This document shows positions 1-10,100 of a stretch of DNA of 20,000 nucleotides, in pieces. A program made the translations under genes and the position numbers. The stretch lies in the IMG/VR virus record IMGVR_UViG_3300037200_000039. One strand, written 5' to 3'. The stretch comes from an uncultured virus (IMG/VR IMGVR_UViG_3300037200_000039) (lineage: Duplodnaviria > Heunggongvirae > Uroviricota > Caudoviricetes). A model generated the notes under the pieces. It was not told where the DNA came from. It worked only from the letters and a program-made list of their open reading frames with translations, and did no database searches. Every line of letters starts with the position of its first letter. Positions within the stretch are counted from its first letter, which is position 1.

Positions 1-1
1 A

Positions 2-352
2 GTCTCGAATGATGCAGATGGCGTGGCAATGCTGCCGTTCTTTCAGACTGGGTATTACGCAGTGGCGGAGGGTGATACCAAGACCTTCATAGACTGGATC
101 TGGCCAGATATGAAATGGGGAATGTACAACCAATCACAATTGGCGCAAGTCCAGATCTCATTTCTGTGCGCTGATTACCCTGGTGATACTCCGACGCTGT
201 ATGGGCCATATACCGTTACGCAGGCTACGGAATACTTCTACACCAGGCTGCGGGCTAGATTGGTGGCCGTCAAAATATCTAGCAGCGATCTTGGGAGCTG
301 GTGGCGAATTGGCGCAATTCGGTATCGTTTCGCGCCGGATGGCAAAATATGA
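2..352 (+). CDS. C-terminal part of a probable tail tubular protein B / head-tail connector (5' partial)
   Basis: Frame is open from base 2 (VSNDADGVAML...). It ends in 'YTRLRARLVAVKISSSDLGSWWRIGAIRYRFAPDGK', a C-terminal pattern typical of P22 gp10/T7 gp12-like proteins, and lies upstream of the GNAT and ejection genes. Confidence 0.65.
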   Translation, partial: VSNDADGVAMLPFFQTGYYAVAEGDTKTFIDWIWPDMKWGMYNQSQLAQVQISFLCADYPGDTPTLYGPYTVTQATEYFYTRLRARLVAVKISSSDLGSWWRIGAIRYRFAPDGKI

Positions 353-377
353 GTAATACAGTGGTGGAAACGCCCCC

Positions 378-722
378 ATGAGCGCCAGTACCAGCGACGT
401 ACTCACGAGTATCAAGAATATTGTGACCACGCTGGCCACGGCGACGCAGACGTATTTAAGTGTCAACGGCACAGTAAATTATCCGAACATTACCGCTCCG
501 ACCGTCATCAGCACTAAGACCGGCCGCGTTGGTATTGTCAGCGTACTAGCGGCCGGCACGACCGTAGGCACTATCTACGACGGGGCCCTCCTCACTGCAA
601 CCACCAAACCCATTGCACCGATTCCGAATTATATCGGGGTATTCCGCGCGCCGATCCCAGTAAGCTTTGGCATCCTAGTTGTACCCGGCATAGGTCAGGT
701 AGTCACGGTGTCATACACGTGA
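378..722 (+). CDS. Hypothetical virion-associated protein, 114 aa, beta-rich
   Basis: ATG start; stop overlaps the next start (GTGA at 719-722); Thr/Val/Gly-rich composition. Confidence 0.75.
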   Translation: MSASTSDVLTSIKNIVTTLATATQTYLSVNGTVNYPNITAPTVISTKTGRVGIVSVLAAGTTVGTIYDGALLTATTKPIAPIPNYIGVFRAPIPVSFGILVVPGIGQVVTVSYT

Positions 723-2899
723 CTGAATGGCTCATTGGCGGTCCCCCACCGGGCAGCGGCGGCGGTGCTACGGGGCCGCAAGGGCCTACTGGGCCGACTG
801 GTGCTACGGGGAGCGGATATCCTGGAGCCATGGGTGCTACTGGCCCGACGGGACCCCCGGGAGATGGCCCTACGGGACCCACTGGCGCAGGTCCGACCGG
901 GCCATCTGGCGTAGGTCCGACCGGGCCCAGCGGCGGCACGGGCCCTACGGGACCCACAGGAATTACCGGACCAGGCGGTACCCCCGGCGGCCCCACGGGG
1001 CCTACGGGCACAGGCGCCACGGGCACCACAGGGCCGACGGGTCCTGGTGGCATTGGGACTACGGGCCCAATAGGCCCGACCGGCCCGACCGGCCCGACCG
1101 GCCCTCTCTATCCGCAGACCCCCGCCGAGCTCGCAGCGCTGGTGACGCCAACGAACTTCTACATCGCTCCGTACAACGTGCTGCGCTACGGAGCGGACCC
1201 CACGGGAGTAACCGACAGTACGGCCGCATTCCAGGCGGCGCTGAACTCGGTGAGTTACCTCGTCGCCCCGACGACTCTCGCGCAAACGCTCGCCCAAGGC
1301 GGCCAGGTCTATGTGCCGCGCGGTGTGTATATTGTCAAGTCGACGCTCTATCTCAATTCCAACGTGCACCTGGTCGGCGAGGACTGCGGGCCCATCCAGC
1401 AGTCGCCCTTGGGAATTACGCCACCGGTCGGTGGCGCAGTCATTCTGTATCAAAATCCCACACTGGAATCTATTGCCATCGATGCTAGCGGTTACTGGCT
1501 CACGGCGCAAAGCGCCTATACCGGCACCGCAACGGCCGGCGGCGCGAGCACTATCACTATCACCGCGGGCCTGACGGTCAATACGCAAGGCGCCGCGCAG
1601 ATTAGCATCACGAGCGGCACCGGGGCTGGGCAGACGATTCCGGTGTCCGCTTACAACAGTGGCAGCGGATTGCTATCGATCTCATGGCCCTGGGAGACTG
1701 TGCCGGATGCGACCAGTGTCTGGTCAATCCCCGGGCACACCATCGGCCAGAGAATGGCGCAATTGATCTCCGCGGGCGAGGGCTCGATTGAGACGAACGG
1801 CGTCGGCAGCTACGTGCAGGCGCCCGCCGTGAGAAACATCATAGTAGTATCGCAGAGCGGCCATTACATGGGTGTGCGGATGAGCGTTGCTCCCCAATGC
1901 GGCGTTGAAAATGTTCTGACGTGGGGGTTCCAAGTAGGTTTAGAGGAGACCGGCTGCGCCTACGGAAACTTTCGCAATATCGTCTCCGCCTCTTTGCTCA
2001 TTGGCTTTGCGTGGGTGCAAAGCGACCACGTCACTCGTATCAGTTGCGAGTGCTTTGCAGTCAACGCCACTGCTTCCCCCGTTACCACTGCGAACGCGCC
2101 GTGGTTCGTGCGCTGGATGGCAGCACTCGGCGCTGACCCCAATTCCAACTACTTCACCGGCCATTATATTGCGGGTTACGACGCCGGCGGCTGCTTCATA
2201 ACCTGTGACGGCGAGGGCGGCGACCGTAGCTACTTTGCGTACAACCCATTGGGGACGGTGTTCGTGGGATGCCATATGGAACGCTTCACGCACCTAGGGT
2301 TTTATCAGAATGCGGGCACCGTCATGTGGGTAGGTGGCGATTGGAACAGCACCAACACGGCGCCTGCCTTCTCCGGGATTAGTTGCAATCTCACCATTGA
2401 CGGATTCTCAGGCGATGCGGGAATGGGCGCTGGAGCGATCACGATAGGCAGTTTCCCCAATACATATGGTGGGCGCGTCACAGTACGCAATGTCACTCCG
2501 CAAGGAGGTGACTCGAGGCCAGTAGCTGGATCGCTCGTAGTTTGGGACGCCTATCCGCCGCGCATCGCCGCGGGCAACATCAACACCGTGGGCGCTGGCA
2601 CGCTCACCGCAGGCGCGCTCTATGGCGGAGCGATTATTCGCGGCGGCACTCAGGTCGGGGCATTTTCCGACACCCTGGATAGTGCGGCGAATATCATCGC
2701 GCAATTCATTCCGGTGCCGATCGTGGGATCGACCTGTCAATGCACGATTTACAACACCACCACGCAGATTGAGACTTTGCTCGCGGGTTCCGGCGTGACG
2801 TTTCAAACCGGGACATTAACGATCGCTGCCGCGGCCTCGCGGGTATTGACGCTGAGCATAGGGAATATCGGCGCGCCGGCCGTGAACATCTTGGCCTAA
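719..2899 (+). CDS. Collagen-repeat tailspike/fibre with a pectate-lyase-3-like beta-helix (putative depolymerase)
   Basis: N-terminal G-P-T repeats followed by '[25 protein letters not shown]...[13 protein letters not shown]...LNSNVHLVG', the characteristic start of a beta-helix tailspike domain. Confidence 0.85.
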   Translation: MTEWLIGGPPPGSGGGATGPQGPTGPTGATGSGYPGAMGATGPTGPPGDGPTGPTGAGPTGPSGVGPTGPSGGTGPTGPTGITGPGGTPGGPTGPTGTGATGTTGPTGPGGIGTTGPIGPTGPTGPTGPLYPQTPAELAALVTPTNFYIAPYNVLRYGADPTGVTDSTAAFQAALNSVSYLVAPTTLAQTLAQGGQVYVPRGVYIVKSTLYLNSNVHLVGEDCGPIQQSPLGITPPVGGAVILYQNPTLESIAIDASGYWLTAQSAYTGTATAGGASTITITAGLTVNTQGAAQISITSGTGAGQTIPVSAYNSGSGLLSISWPWETVPDATSVWSIPGHTIGQRMAQLISAGEGSIETNGVGSYVQAPAVRNIIVVSQSGHYMGVRMSVAPQCGVENVLTWGFQVGLEETGCAYGNFRNIVSASLLIGFAWVQSDHVTRISCECFAVNATASPVTTANAPWFVRWMAALGADPNSNYFTGHYIAGYDAGGCFITCDGEGGDRSYFAYNPLGTVFVGCHMERFTHLGFYQNAGTVMWVGGDWNSTNTAPAFSGISCNLTIDGFSGDAGMGAGAITIGSFPNTYGGRVTVRNVTPQGGDSRPVAGSLVVWDAYPPRIAAGNINTVGAGTLTAGALYGGAIIRGGTQVGAFSDTLDSAANIIAQFIPVPIVGSTCQCTIYNTTTQIETLLAGSGVTFQTGTLTIAAAASRVLTLSIGNIGAPAVNILA
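764..1105 (+). repeat. Collagen-like Gly-X-Y (GPT) coding repeats
   Basis: Interrupted GPTGPTG runs; perfect 9-bp tandem GGCCCGACC x3 at 1073-1099. Confidence 0.95.
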
Positions 2900-2908
2900 G
2901 GACTACTG

Positions 2909-3484
2909 ATGCCACTATTACACGGTAAAAAGAATATCGGCCACAACATCAGTGAAATGGAGTCCGCAGGCCATCCCCGAGATCAGGCTATTGCCGCTGC
3001 ATTGAATGTCGCGCGCAAGCATCGCGATGATGGCGGCGAAGTGTCGATTCCTAAGACGCCCGTCGTCAAGCAGCACGTCGGGCCCATTCATTCGAGCGTG
3101 GCGGGACGCACCGATCATTTGCCGATGGAGGTTCCATCGGGTTCATACGTGATTCCTGCGGACGTGGTTAGCGGGATGGGAGAGGGGAACACCATAGCCG
3201 GCTTTAGGCATCTCAGACGTATGTTCGGTGGCGTACCGTACAGCGGCAGCAAAGCCCCCTACGGACAGACCGGCGGACCATATGGCATGGCTAAGGGGGG
3301 TACCACATCCGGCGTGCCGATCGTGGCCGCTGGCGGGGAGCACGTGCTCACGCCAGACGAAGTACGCCACGCTGGCGGCGGAGATCTAGAGATGGGACAC
3401 GCGGTGCTCGATGAATTCGTAAAACGCATGCGCAAGGAACTGGTCAAGACGCTGAAGGGCTTACCGGCGCCGAGGAAGGATTGA
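2909..3484 (+). CDS. Conserved-type phage virion/internal protein with GG motifs, 191 aa
   Basis: AAGGA RBS; 'GPIHSSVAGRTDHLPMEVPSGSYVIPADVVSGMGEGNT' and 'VPIVAAGGEHVL' segments; motifs HRDDGG and MAKGG. Confidence 0.8.
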   Translation: MPLLHGKKNIGHNISEMESAGHPRDQAIAAALNVARKHRDDGGEVSIPKTPVVKQHVGPIHSSVAGRTDHLPMEVPSGSYVIPADVVSGMGEGNTIAGFRHLRRMFGGVPYSGSKAPYGQTGGPYGMAKGGTTSGVPIVAAGGEHVLTPDEVRHAGGGDLEMGHAVLDEFVKRMRKELVKTLKGLPAPRKD

Positions 3485-3488
3485 TCCA

Positions 3489-3674
3489 GTGATTCACGTA
3501 ATAAAAACTGACGGTAATGCGGCATGTGGAGAAAAGCTCGTATCTCCTGATAATCTTTTATGTGCCTATGAGTTTTATACCCACGAGTCAAAGCATCGAT
3601 GTAAAGAATGTCATGAAAAGGTGAGTTGTCATTTGCCTAGCTTCGTAGGCTGGGGACGCATAGTTTATGACTGA
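3489..3674 (+). CDS. Small Cys/His-rich, putative Zn-binding protein, 61 aa
   Basis: GAGGAAGGA upstream of GTG; H-x9-CG...C-x2-C pattern; about 42% GC by hand count over 3481-3660; overlaps the next start. Confidence 0.55.
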   Translation: MIHVIKTDGNAACGEKLVSPDNLLCAYEFYTHESKHRCKECHEKVSCHLPSFVGWGRIVYD

Positions 3675-4164
3675 CGACACGCTCCAAATCCGCCTCGCTA
3701 CGACCGCTGACATGGACGAAGTTATGCGCCTGGCGTATATGGCGTGTGAGGACAACGGGTTCCTCGACTACAGTCCAGAACTATTGGCCAAAGAGATCTA
3801 TCCAGCACTCATCCAGGACCATGGATTATTCGCCGTCATTGGACCCCCGCAAGGCGCTATTGAAGGATTTGTGCTGTTGCGCATCGGCACTATGTTTTAC
3901 AGCACTCAGAAATGTTTGGAGGAAAAGTGTCTATGGGTCCATCCAGATCATAGATCTGCGGGCGGCGGTCGCGCCAAGAAACTTATCGACTTCACCAAGA
4001 AAGCAGCAGATCGCCTCGGATTGCCTCTTATAATCGGGATCATGACCTCGAAACGAACAGCATCCAAGGTTCGTCTGTATCAACGTGAATTCGGAGAGCC
4101 AGCAGGGGCGTTCTTCCTATACGGCGCCAAGTGCGGAACACATAAAGTGGAAACGGTTTCTTAA
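3667..4164 (+). CDS. GNAT-fold (acetyltransferase-like) phage protein
   Basis: 'IRLATTADMDEV', 'LWVHPDHRSAGGGRAKKLI' (motif A-like) and 'KVRLYQREFG'; sits at the usual position before podoviral ejection genes. Confidence 0.8.
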   Translation: MTDDTLQIRLATTADMDEVMRLAYMACEDNGFLDYSPELLAKEIYPALIQDHGLFAVIGPPQGAIEGFVLLRIGTMFYSTQKCLEEKCLWVHPDHRSAGGGRAKKLIDFTKKAADRLGLPLIIGIMTSKRTASKVRLYQREFGEPAGAFFLYGAKCGTHKVETVS

Positions 4165-4183
4165 CAGCGTGTATAAGTGAACT

Positions 4184-5680
4184 ATGTGTGTACAGATCTC
4201 AATTTACTCCGGCGGGGGCGGCTCAACGACCGGTCCCAGCGTAGTACCTAACTTCCAACTCATCAACCAGGGCGGCCCCAACAATGGCGGCGATGCTGGG
4301 TCCTATACGTTCAATAGCAATGTCTTCAATTACTCGAATACTGCGAATCCGAACTACCAGGGACTTTCGTGGCTGCCAGCTACACCGGGCACTGGTGGGG
4401 TGGTAACTAAGTACAACATCTACCGGAACGGATCGTTATATGATTTTGTCGCAACGCCGCTGACTATCACAGGGTACATTAGCGGCTCAACGTTTACAGT
4501 ATCCAGTGTGACTGGCGGCTCGAGCAGCAATAGCATTTCGGACGGACTGCTATTGCCAGGTGCGCTGTTGCAATCCGCAGCCAGTGGATTTCAGTCGGGA
4601 ACTACCATCGTGCTGTATACGACCGCGAACACCGGGGGCGGTGGCGCTGGAACGTATTCGGTAAACTTAAGCCAAACGGTGGGGAATTCCGGTGCCCACG
4701 CAACGTTCACATGCTGGGCCTACAACGATACAGCGGCCACGAATAGTATCCCGGTGCAGTACAACGCAGCTGCAACGGTGTATGCCTATGCTGTGACAGC
4801 TGTTGATGCCAGCAGCAATGAAAGCACAAAAGCGTATCCCACCGTATGGTGCTATAGAGGGATTAGCTACAACATCAATTCGATGGATTTTAGCACTGCG
4901 ACTTGGAATGCAACCAATACCACTGGCTCACCAACGCCCGGACCTTACGATGTCGAAGTAACATTCCCAGCGGGCGCCAATATCTTCATCGACGCGATGG
5001 GGAACGGGGGAGATGGCCACGGCAATCAGACGCTATTCGATGATCTCGAGATAGGCGCATTCCTGAACGGCCATTTTGTGATGGATTTAAATTTTACCAA
5101 TGGTAGTTCTGGCACCAACAACAGTCTATTTTTTGAACCTCAGACTCGCTGCTATGGAGATCCATATCCCGCGGGCTCAGGTTCCGTCGATACTCAAGCA
5201 GGCATCGGCATCACGATGTCTGACTATGGGACGATTGCCATAGGCTCCTGGAACACGATAGCTATCCCGATGAATGTGCTGCCGTGGGGAACTACGGTGT
5301 TCACGGGCTATATAACCGCCAACACATCTGGCTCATTCTTCCCTTATGGTGCCGTGCTTACGGTACTGTCGATAATATCGAAGACCTCGGTTGGATTGTG
5401 CTCGGGATATAGGATTTCAGATGCCGGACATTTGACGCCAGCTAACACCTATATACTCGCCCCAACTGGGGGCGCAGCAAGCACGTTTACCACCGGAACT
5501 TACAATATAACGAGCCCCAACATTACCACCTCCAGCAACGTCGGCAGTTCAGGTTCTCCTGTGACATTTACTGCAACGTGCACTGGCTTTTACAAATTTG
5601 GCATTGGCATCGGCGCAGCTGGACCTATCTCGCCCTCTCCCGTGTGCTACGTCAATAACTTCGGATTTACCACGACATGA
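4184..5680 (+). CDS. Surface/virion protein: FN3-like domain plus CBM-like beta-sandwich, each interrupted by an inserted module
   Basis: FN3 hallmarks LSW...KYNIYRNG...YAYAVTAVDASSNES; CBM-like ending WNTIAIPM...FYKF...YVNNFGF; no clear RBS. Confidence 0.7.
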   Translation: MCVQISIYSGGGGSTTGPSVVPNFQLINQGGPNNGGDAGSYTFNSNVFNYSNTANPNYQGLSWLPATPGTGGVVTKYNIYRNGSLYDFVATPLTITGYISGSTFTVSSVTGGSSSNSISDGLLLPGALLQSAASGFQSGTTIVLYTTANTGGGGAGTYSVNLSQTVGNSGAHATFTCWAYNDTAATNSIPVQYNAAATVYAYAVTAVDASSNESTKAYPTVWCYRGISYNINSMDFSTATWNATNTTGSPTPGPYDVEVTFPAGANIFIDAMGNGGDGHGNQTLFDDLEIGAFLNGHFVMDLNFTNGSSGTNNSLFFEPQTRCYGDPYPAGSGSVDTQAGIGITMSDYGTIAIGSWNTIAIPMNVLPWGTTVFTGYITANTSGSFFPYGAVLTVLSIISKTSVGLCSGYRISDAGHLTPANTYILAPTGGAASTFTTGTYNITSPNITTSSNVGSSGSPVTFTATCTGFYKFGIGIGAAGPISPSPVCYVNNFGFTTT

Positions 5681-5702
5681 ACAGGGAGTTACCACGACAT
5701 GA
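5667..5702 (+). repeat. 14-bp direct repeat TTACCACGACATGA flanking an RBS
   Basis: Copies at 5667-5680 (supplies the TGA stop) and 5689-5702 (supplies the ATG start), separated by ACAGGGAG. Confidence 0.95.
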
Positions 5703-6994
5703 CTGACCAAATTATCACCGTACCTGTCACGGGCGGTACGGTATCGATCGATGTAACGACATTAGCTGCGGCAGTGGCCGTTATTTTAGGTGGCACTGTT
5801 ACACCACCACCACCGCCTCCTCCACCACCGCCTCCGCCTCCGCCTCCGTCACCAATCTTCTATGTGTATCAAAATCATTCTGGTACGGGACCAAACGGTC
5901 AGAGCGCATTGTGGGATGGGGACTTTAGTTTTGGCTCCAACGGCCCGATCGTGGGCAATGACACAACGCATCCACAACTGGGACACACTTATGACATGAA
6001 AGTACCTGGTGGAGTGAATGGCGTCGGCGGGGGTATGGCATGGATGCCAGTAGCTAGTTATGGTTCTGGAATTCCAGATGGCTCTGGCAAAGGGCCATTC
6101 GGCTTCGACATGAGCCCTTACACATGGATGACCTTCGATATCTGGACTGCATTTCCTAGCGATACTTACGATATGACGTATGAGTACTTAGGCAACTTCT
6201 CTACCGGTACTGCCGATCAAGGCACCGGTGCTTACATCGATAGCATCGTCAATATTCCCGGAGTCAAATTGACAGCATCCGCGTGGAGCACCGTTAAATT
6301 CCCGATCGCTGCATTAGGCCAGTTGGGGGTGCGCGGTGTGTATAAGTTCTTCATACGCGATAACACCTCCGATGCATCGCAGGTATTCTATCTCGACAAC
6401 GTTGGCTTTATTTCAGGACACTATTCGTTTATCTACGACGGCGGCGCCCCTAATGGGTTCAATCTAACTACTAACTCTTGGAATAATGATCCTTCGACTT
6501 TGCTAAACGGCTGGACCGACGCTAGCACTGCGACTATGAACTATGATGTTGCGCCCACTGGCTTGGCGGAATTGAGTAACAAGGTATCTCTCAACGGCAT
6601 GACACAGCCGGGTGCGGGTACGACTTCGACCAATTGCATCAGCATGCAATCCACCAGCGCTGGTGGAATGTGGAAGGTGAAGAATGTTGGCTTCACCATT
6701 AGCTCATATACGAATTTCACCTTTGGCGCGCTTCCGACCGGTGGTATGCATTCCTACTCGGTGCAGTTCTATAACACCTCCGGCGCTGCTATCGGATCTG
6801 CGGTAGCAGTATTGCAGAATAGTATCTTCACCACTCGCGAATGGAACAACAATGGCGGCCATTGGACGATCTACTCGATTCCGCTGGCTAACTTTGGCGC
6901 ACTGCCGGCGCAGATCGGCGCCCTATCGATCACTGACACCAGCGGATTGGCTACAAACACTATCTACCTATCAGCACCGGCGTTTTTCACTTGA
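5699..6994 (+). CDS. Polyproline-linked protein with two tandem carbohydrate-binding (galactose-binding-like fold) domains
   Basis: GGGAG RBS; Pro15 linker; two domains ending 'WSTVKFPIAALG...FYLDNVGF' and 'WTIYSIPLANFG...IYLSAPAF'. Confidence 0.75.
   Translation: MTDQIITVPVTGGTVSIDVTTLAAAVAVILGGTVTPPPPPPPPPPPPPPPSPIFYVYQNHSGTGPNGQSALWDGDFSFGSNGPIVGNDTTHPQLGHTYDMKVPGGVNGVGGGMAWMPVASYGSGIPDGSGKGPFGFDMSPYTWMTFDIWTAFPSDTYDMTYEYLGNFSTGTADQGTGAYIDSIVNIPGVKLTASAWSTVKFPIAALGQLGVRGVYKFFIRDNTSDASQVFYLDNVGFISGHYSFIYDGGAPNGFNLTTNSWNNDPSTLLNGWTDASTATMNYDVAPTGLAELSNKVSLNGMTQPGAGTTSTNCISMQSTSAGGMWKVKNVGFTISSYTNFTFGALPTGGMHSYSVQFYNTSGAAIGSAVAVLQNSIFTTREWNNNGGHWTIYSIPLANFGALPAQIGALSITDTSGLATNTIYLSAPAFFT
5804..5848 (+). 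repeat. Poly-proline tract (15 CCN codons)
   Basis: cca cca cca ccg cct cct cca cca ccg cct ccg cct ccg cct ccg. Confidence 0.95.
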
Positions 6995-7185
6995 AGACCG
7001 TTTGGCAATACATAGGAATTATAGCGCTAATCAGCACCACGATATTGTGGCTGCGTGGTCCGGCTGGTGATGCGGCATATGACGTAGTCGCATCCATGAT
7101 GCAAGATCGCGATGCGGAGTTACAGGCAAATGAGTTGAGAAAAGCGGATTGGACCGCGCATATGACACTTGGAATAGGGGAATAG
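6991..7185 (+). CDS. Small protein with an N-terminal hydrophobic helix, 64 aa
   Basis: TTGA overlap with the upstream stop; YIGIIALISTTILWL segment; fills the gap to the next gene exactly. Confidence 0.55.
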   Translation: MKTVWQYIGIIALISTTILWLRGPAGDAAYDVVASMMQDRDAELQANELRKADWTAHMTLGIGE

Positions 7186-7187
7186 CT

Positions 7188-10100
7188 GTGGGGGGGAAGT
7201 CGAGCCAATCAAGCCAATCCGTGCAGGTGCCAGCGAGCGTCCTTGCGCAATATCAATCCGTGAATGCGCAGGCAGATCAAACTGCTACTCAGCCGTTCCA
7301 AGATTATAGCGGTCAATTTGTTGCGCCAGTGAATGCGCAACAGCAGCAGGGAATTGTCGGCACGAACGCAGCTGCGACGGAAGCGCAGCCGTATTACGGC
7401 GCTGCGACTGGACAACTCGGACAAGCGCAGGCAAATACACAGCCGGCAAACAGCGCTGCATTAGGGCTTGCCGGGGCATCCGCACAGCAAGTAAACGCGA
7501 GCCCGCTGACCGGTCAGCAGATCAACCAGTACATGTCACCGTACCTGCAAGATGTCATGGGCAGTACCCAGGCACTGCAAAACCAATCGAACCAAGAGCA
7601 GCAAGCAGGGCAATTGGGTACAGCGATTCAGTCAGGTGCGTTTGGTGGAGATCGTACTGGAATTGCCGCAGCAAATCTCGAACAACAGCAGAATCTGACA
7701 AATGCCAACGTGTTATCTGGCATCGCCAACACTGGCTATAACAATGCGCTGTCGACGGCGCAGCAACAGCAGGGCGTGAATCTGTCGGCCGGTCAAGCGA
7801 ACCGTGCGGCATTGGGCTCAGCGGCCACCAACATTGCTGGCATCGGTCAGACTCAATATGGTGAGGGCGCAAACACGGCGTCCTCATTGGCGAGTTTAGG
7901 CAGTGGCGCGCAGACCGCTGGATTGCAAGGCGCGTCAGCACAACTGGGTGCGGGCACTGTAGAGCAACAAACGCAACAGGCGCAGGATACTGCTCAATAC
8001 AATCAGTTCCTACAGCAGCAGAGTTATCCGTTTCAGGTTGATCAATTTTTGGCGAATATCGCCGAAGGGACCGGAGCTCTTTCCGGTTCAACGACGACCA
8101 CATCGCAGCCTGGCGGATTCTTCTCAGACGAGCGCCTGAAATCAGACAAGAAACCTATTGGTAAGACGTTCGATGGTCAGACGATCTACAGCTACAAGAT
8201 GCATGGCGATCCGCGCACGCAAATTGGACTGATGGCGCAGGATGTAGAGGACAAGCACCCCGAGGCGGTAGGATTGGCTGGCTCAGGCTACAAGACGGTG
8301 GACTATGAGAAGGCCACCAAGAAAGCTGCGAATGATGGCCACTTCTACGCAGGCGGTGTCGTGCCGATGCGCAGAGCGGCGGGTGGCCCGGTAGATCCCG
8401 GTGATTATTCGTCGATACTTGCGGCGCAGCAGCAGATGTATTCAGGATTGAGCGGTGCACGCACGATGGGCGGCTCGCCTCGTGGTGGGGCCGCTGGTGT
8501 GCCGGCAGCATCGGTGCCTGTTGGGCATCTAGATGCGCCATCGGGAGGGTTACAGCGTCAGCCATCCGGTGCACAGAATTTGTCAGGTGCGATGACGTTA
8601 GCGAATCAAGGCAATCAGATCTATAAGAACTTCTCTGGTCCATCGCAGCAACCGCAGCAACCGACGCCTACGAAGACTGGGTCAGGCACTGGCACATGGG
8701 ATACCAGTTCGCAAGCTGGCGTCGGGAATTTCGACGGCTCGAGCCTGCGCCGCGGCGGAATAGCCGGCTATGATTCTGGCGGCTCGACGCCGTACGAATC
8801 GGCGGGATTCGATATCCCCGACGAGAACTCCCACAATGCCTTGACCAAGCCAGCGGCACTGCCGCCGAAGTCGCCGAGTGGATTCCAGCAATTGATGAGT
8901 ATGGGCTCTGGCATGGGCGGCATGAGTAGCATGATGGGCGGATTGGGCGGTGCATCCGGTGCGTCTGGGGGCGCCGATGCAGCCAGCGATGCGGGGGATT
9001 CGATGGATGCCGTTGATGCAGCCGAGATCGCCGCGCGCGGCGGCCGAATTCATCGCGACGCCGGCGGCGATGCGGTGACAGCCGATTCGACGGACCTTCA
9101 GTCAACCGCGGGTAGCGATGCACCTGCGACGGGTATTGCGCAATCGCCAGGGCTAGCGCAGGGAGCACCTAACACGTCGCTGAATTCGGTCAAGCACTTA
9201 GCCCTGGCGGCGGGCGAGGCATACTTAGGGGATTATGCCGGCGCTGCCGGGCAGGCGTATGAAGCGTATGGTGCAGCCAAAAACAAACGCGGCGGCCGGA
9301 TACACAAGGATGTTGCCGGCGGCGTCGGGGATGATGATACGTTGCCGGAGATTCAGGCTGACGTGCCGACGAAGCAGTTCCAAGGCGTATCTGATTCGGG
9401 TCCGGCATATACCGGCGGTGTGAACCCGGCGCCGATGCCGGCGGTTGATGCGGGCGCAACACCAAGTGCGAACATATCCACTGATGACTCTGGACTGAAG
9501 GGTCCGTCCTGGTGGGACCGCAATAAGGGCAACATCATTCCGCTAGCGCAGGGACTAGCGGCGATGGGTACGGCGCCTACCAAACACTTAGGGGTGGCGC
9601 TTGCGGCCGGCCTTGGGGCTGGTGCGCAGTCGTACGTGCCTACCCAGCAGGGACTGGCTAATACACAGCAGACGCAAACCCAGACGCAGGGGATGGATAT
9701 CGCGAATCAGATTGCGCAGCAAAAGCTAAATTACCTGAAGTCGCCCCCTCCCAGCGGCGGGACGCCGTCGCCGATATCGCAGCCGCAGCAGTCTGATCCG
9801 ACGCCATTACCGGATCAATTGCGGAAAATGTACGCAGTGGCGCCCGTAACTCAAAGCGAGGCGCAGCAGTTGCAATATGCCCATAAGCAGGCTGTAGCAC
9901 TCGGCAGTGACCAGCCGGTCCAGGCGGTGCATGACGCAATCAGCAATCGCACTACGGCGCAGACATTTAAGGTACAACAAGATGCGCGCCAGAACTACGA
10001 CGCAGCAGTGTTTACTGCCAATCATTCGAAAGATCCTGCAATCCGCGCAAGTGCTGCCGCAACAGCCGATGCTTACCGCCAATGGACCGGTGATGAACCA

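Noticed and set aside
695..1588. Long alternative-frame and antisense ORFs over the collagen region (695-1588, 703-1053, 727-1488)
   Set aside because: Shadows of GC-rich Gly-Pro-Thr codon repeats that lack stops; the + frame 719-2899 carries recognisable domains
4149..4186. Possible leaderless promoter for the CBM cassette (TATAAG 6 nt before ATG 4184)
   Set aside because: The -10 lacks the conserved final T and there is no sigma70 -35; too weak to call
7149..7196. TTG start at 7149 and a G7 run as a phase-variation site
   Set aside because: GTG 7188 has the SD sequence and avoids overlap; the G run simply encodes Met-Gly-Gly and is short
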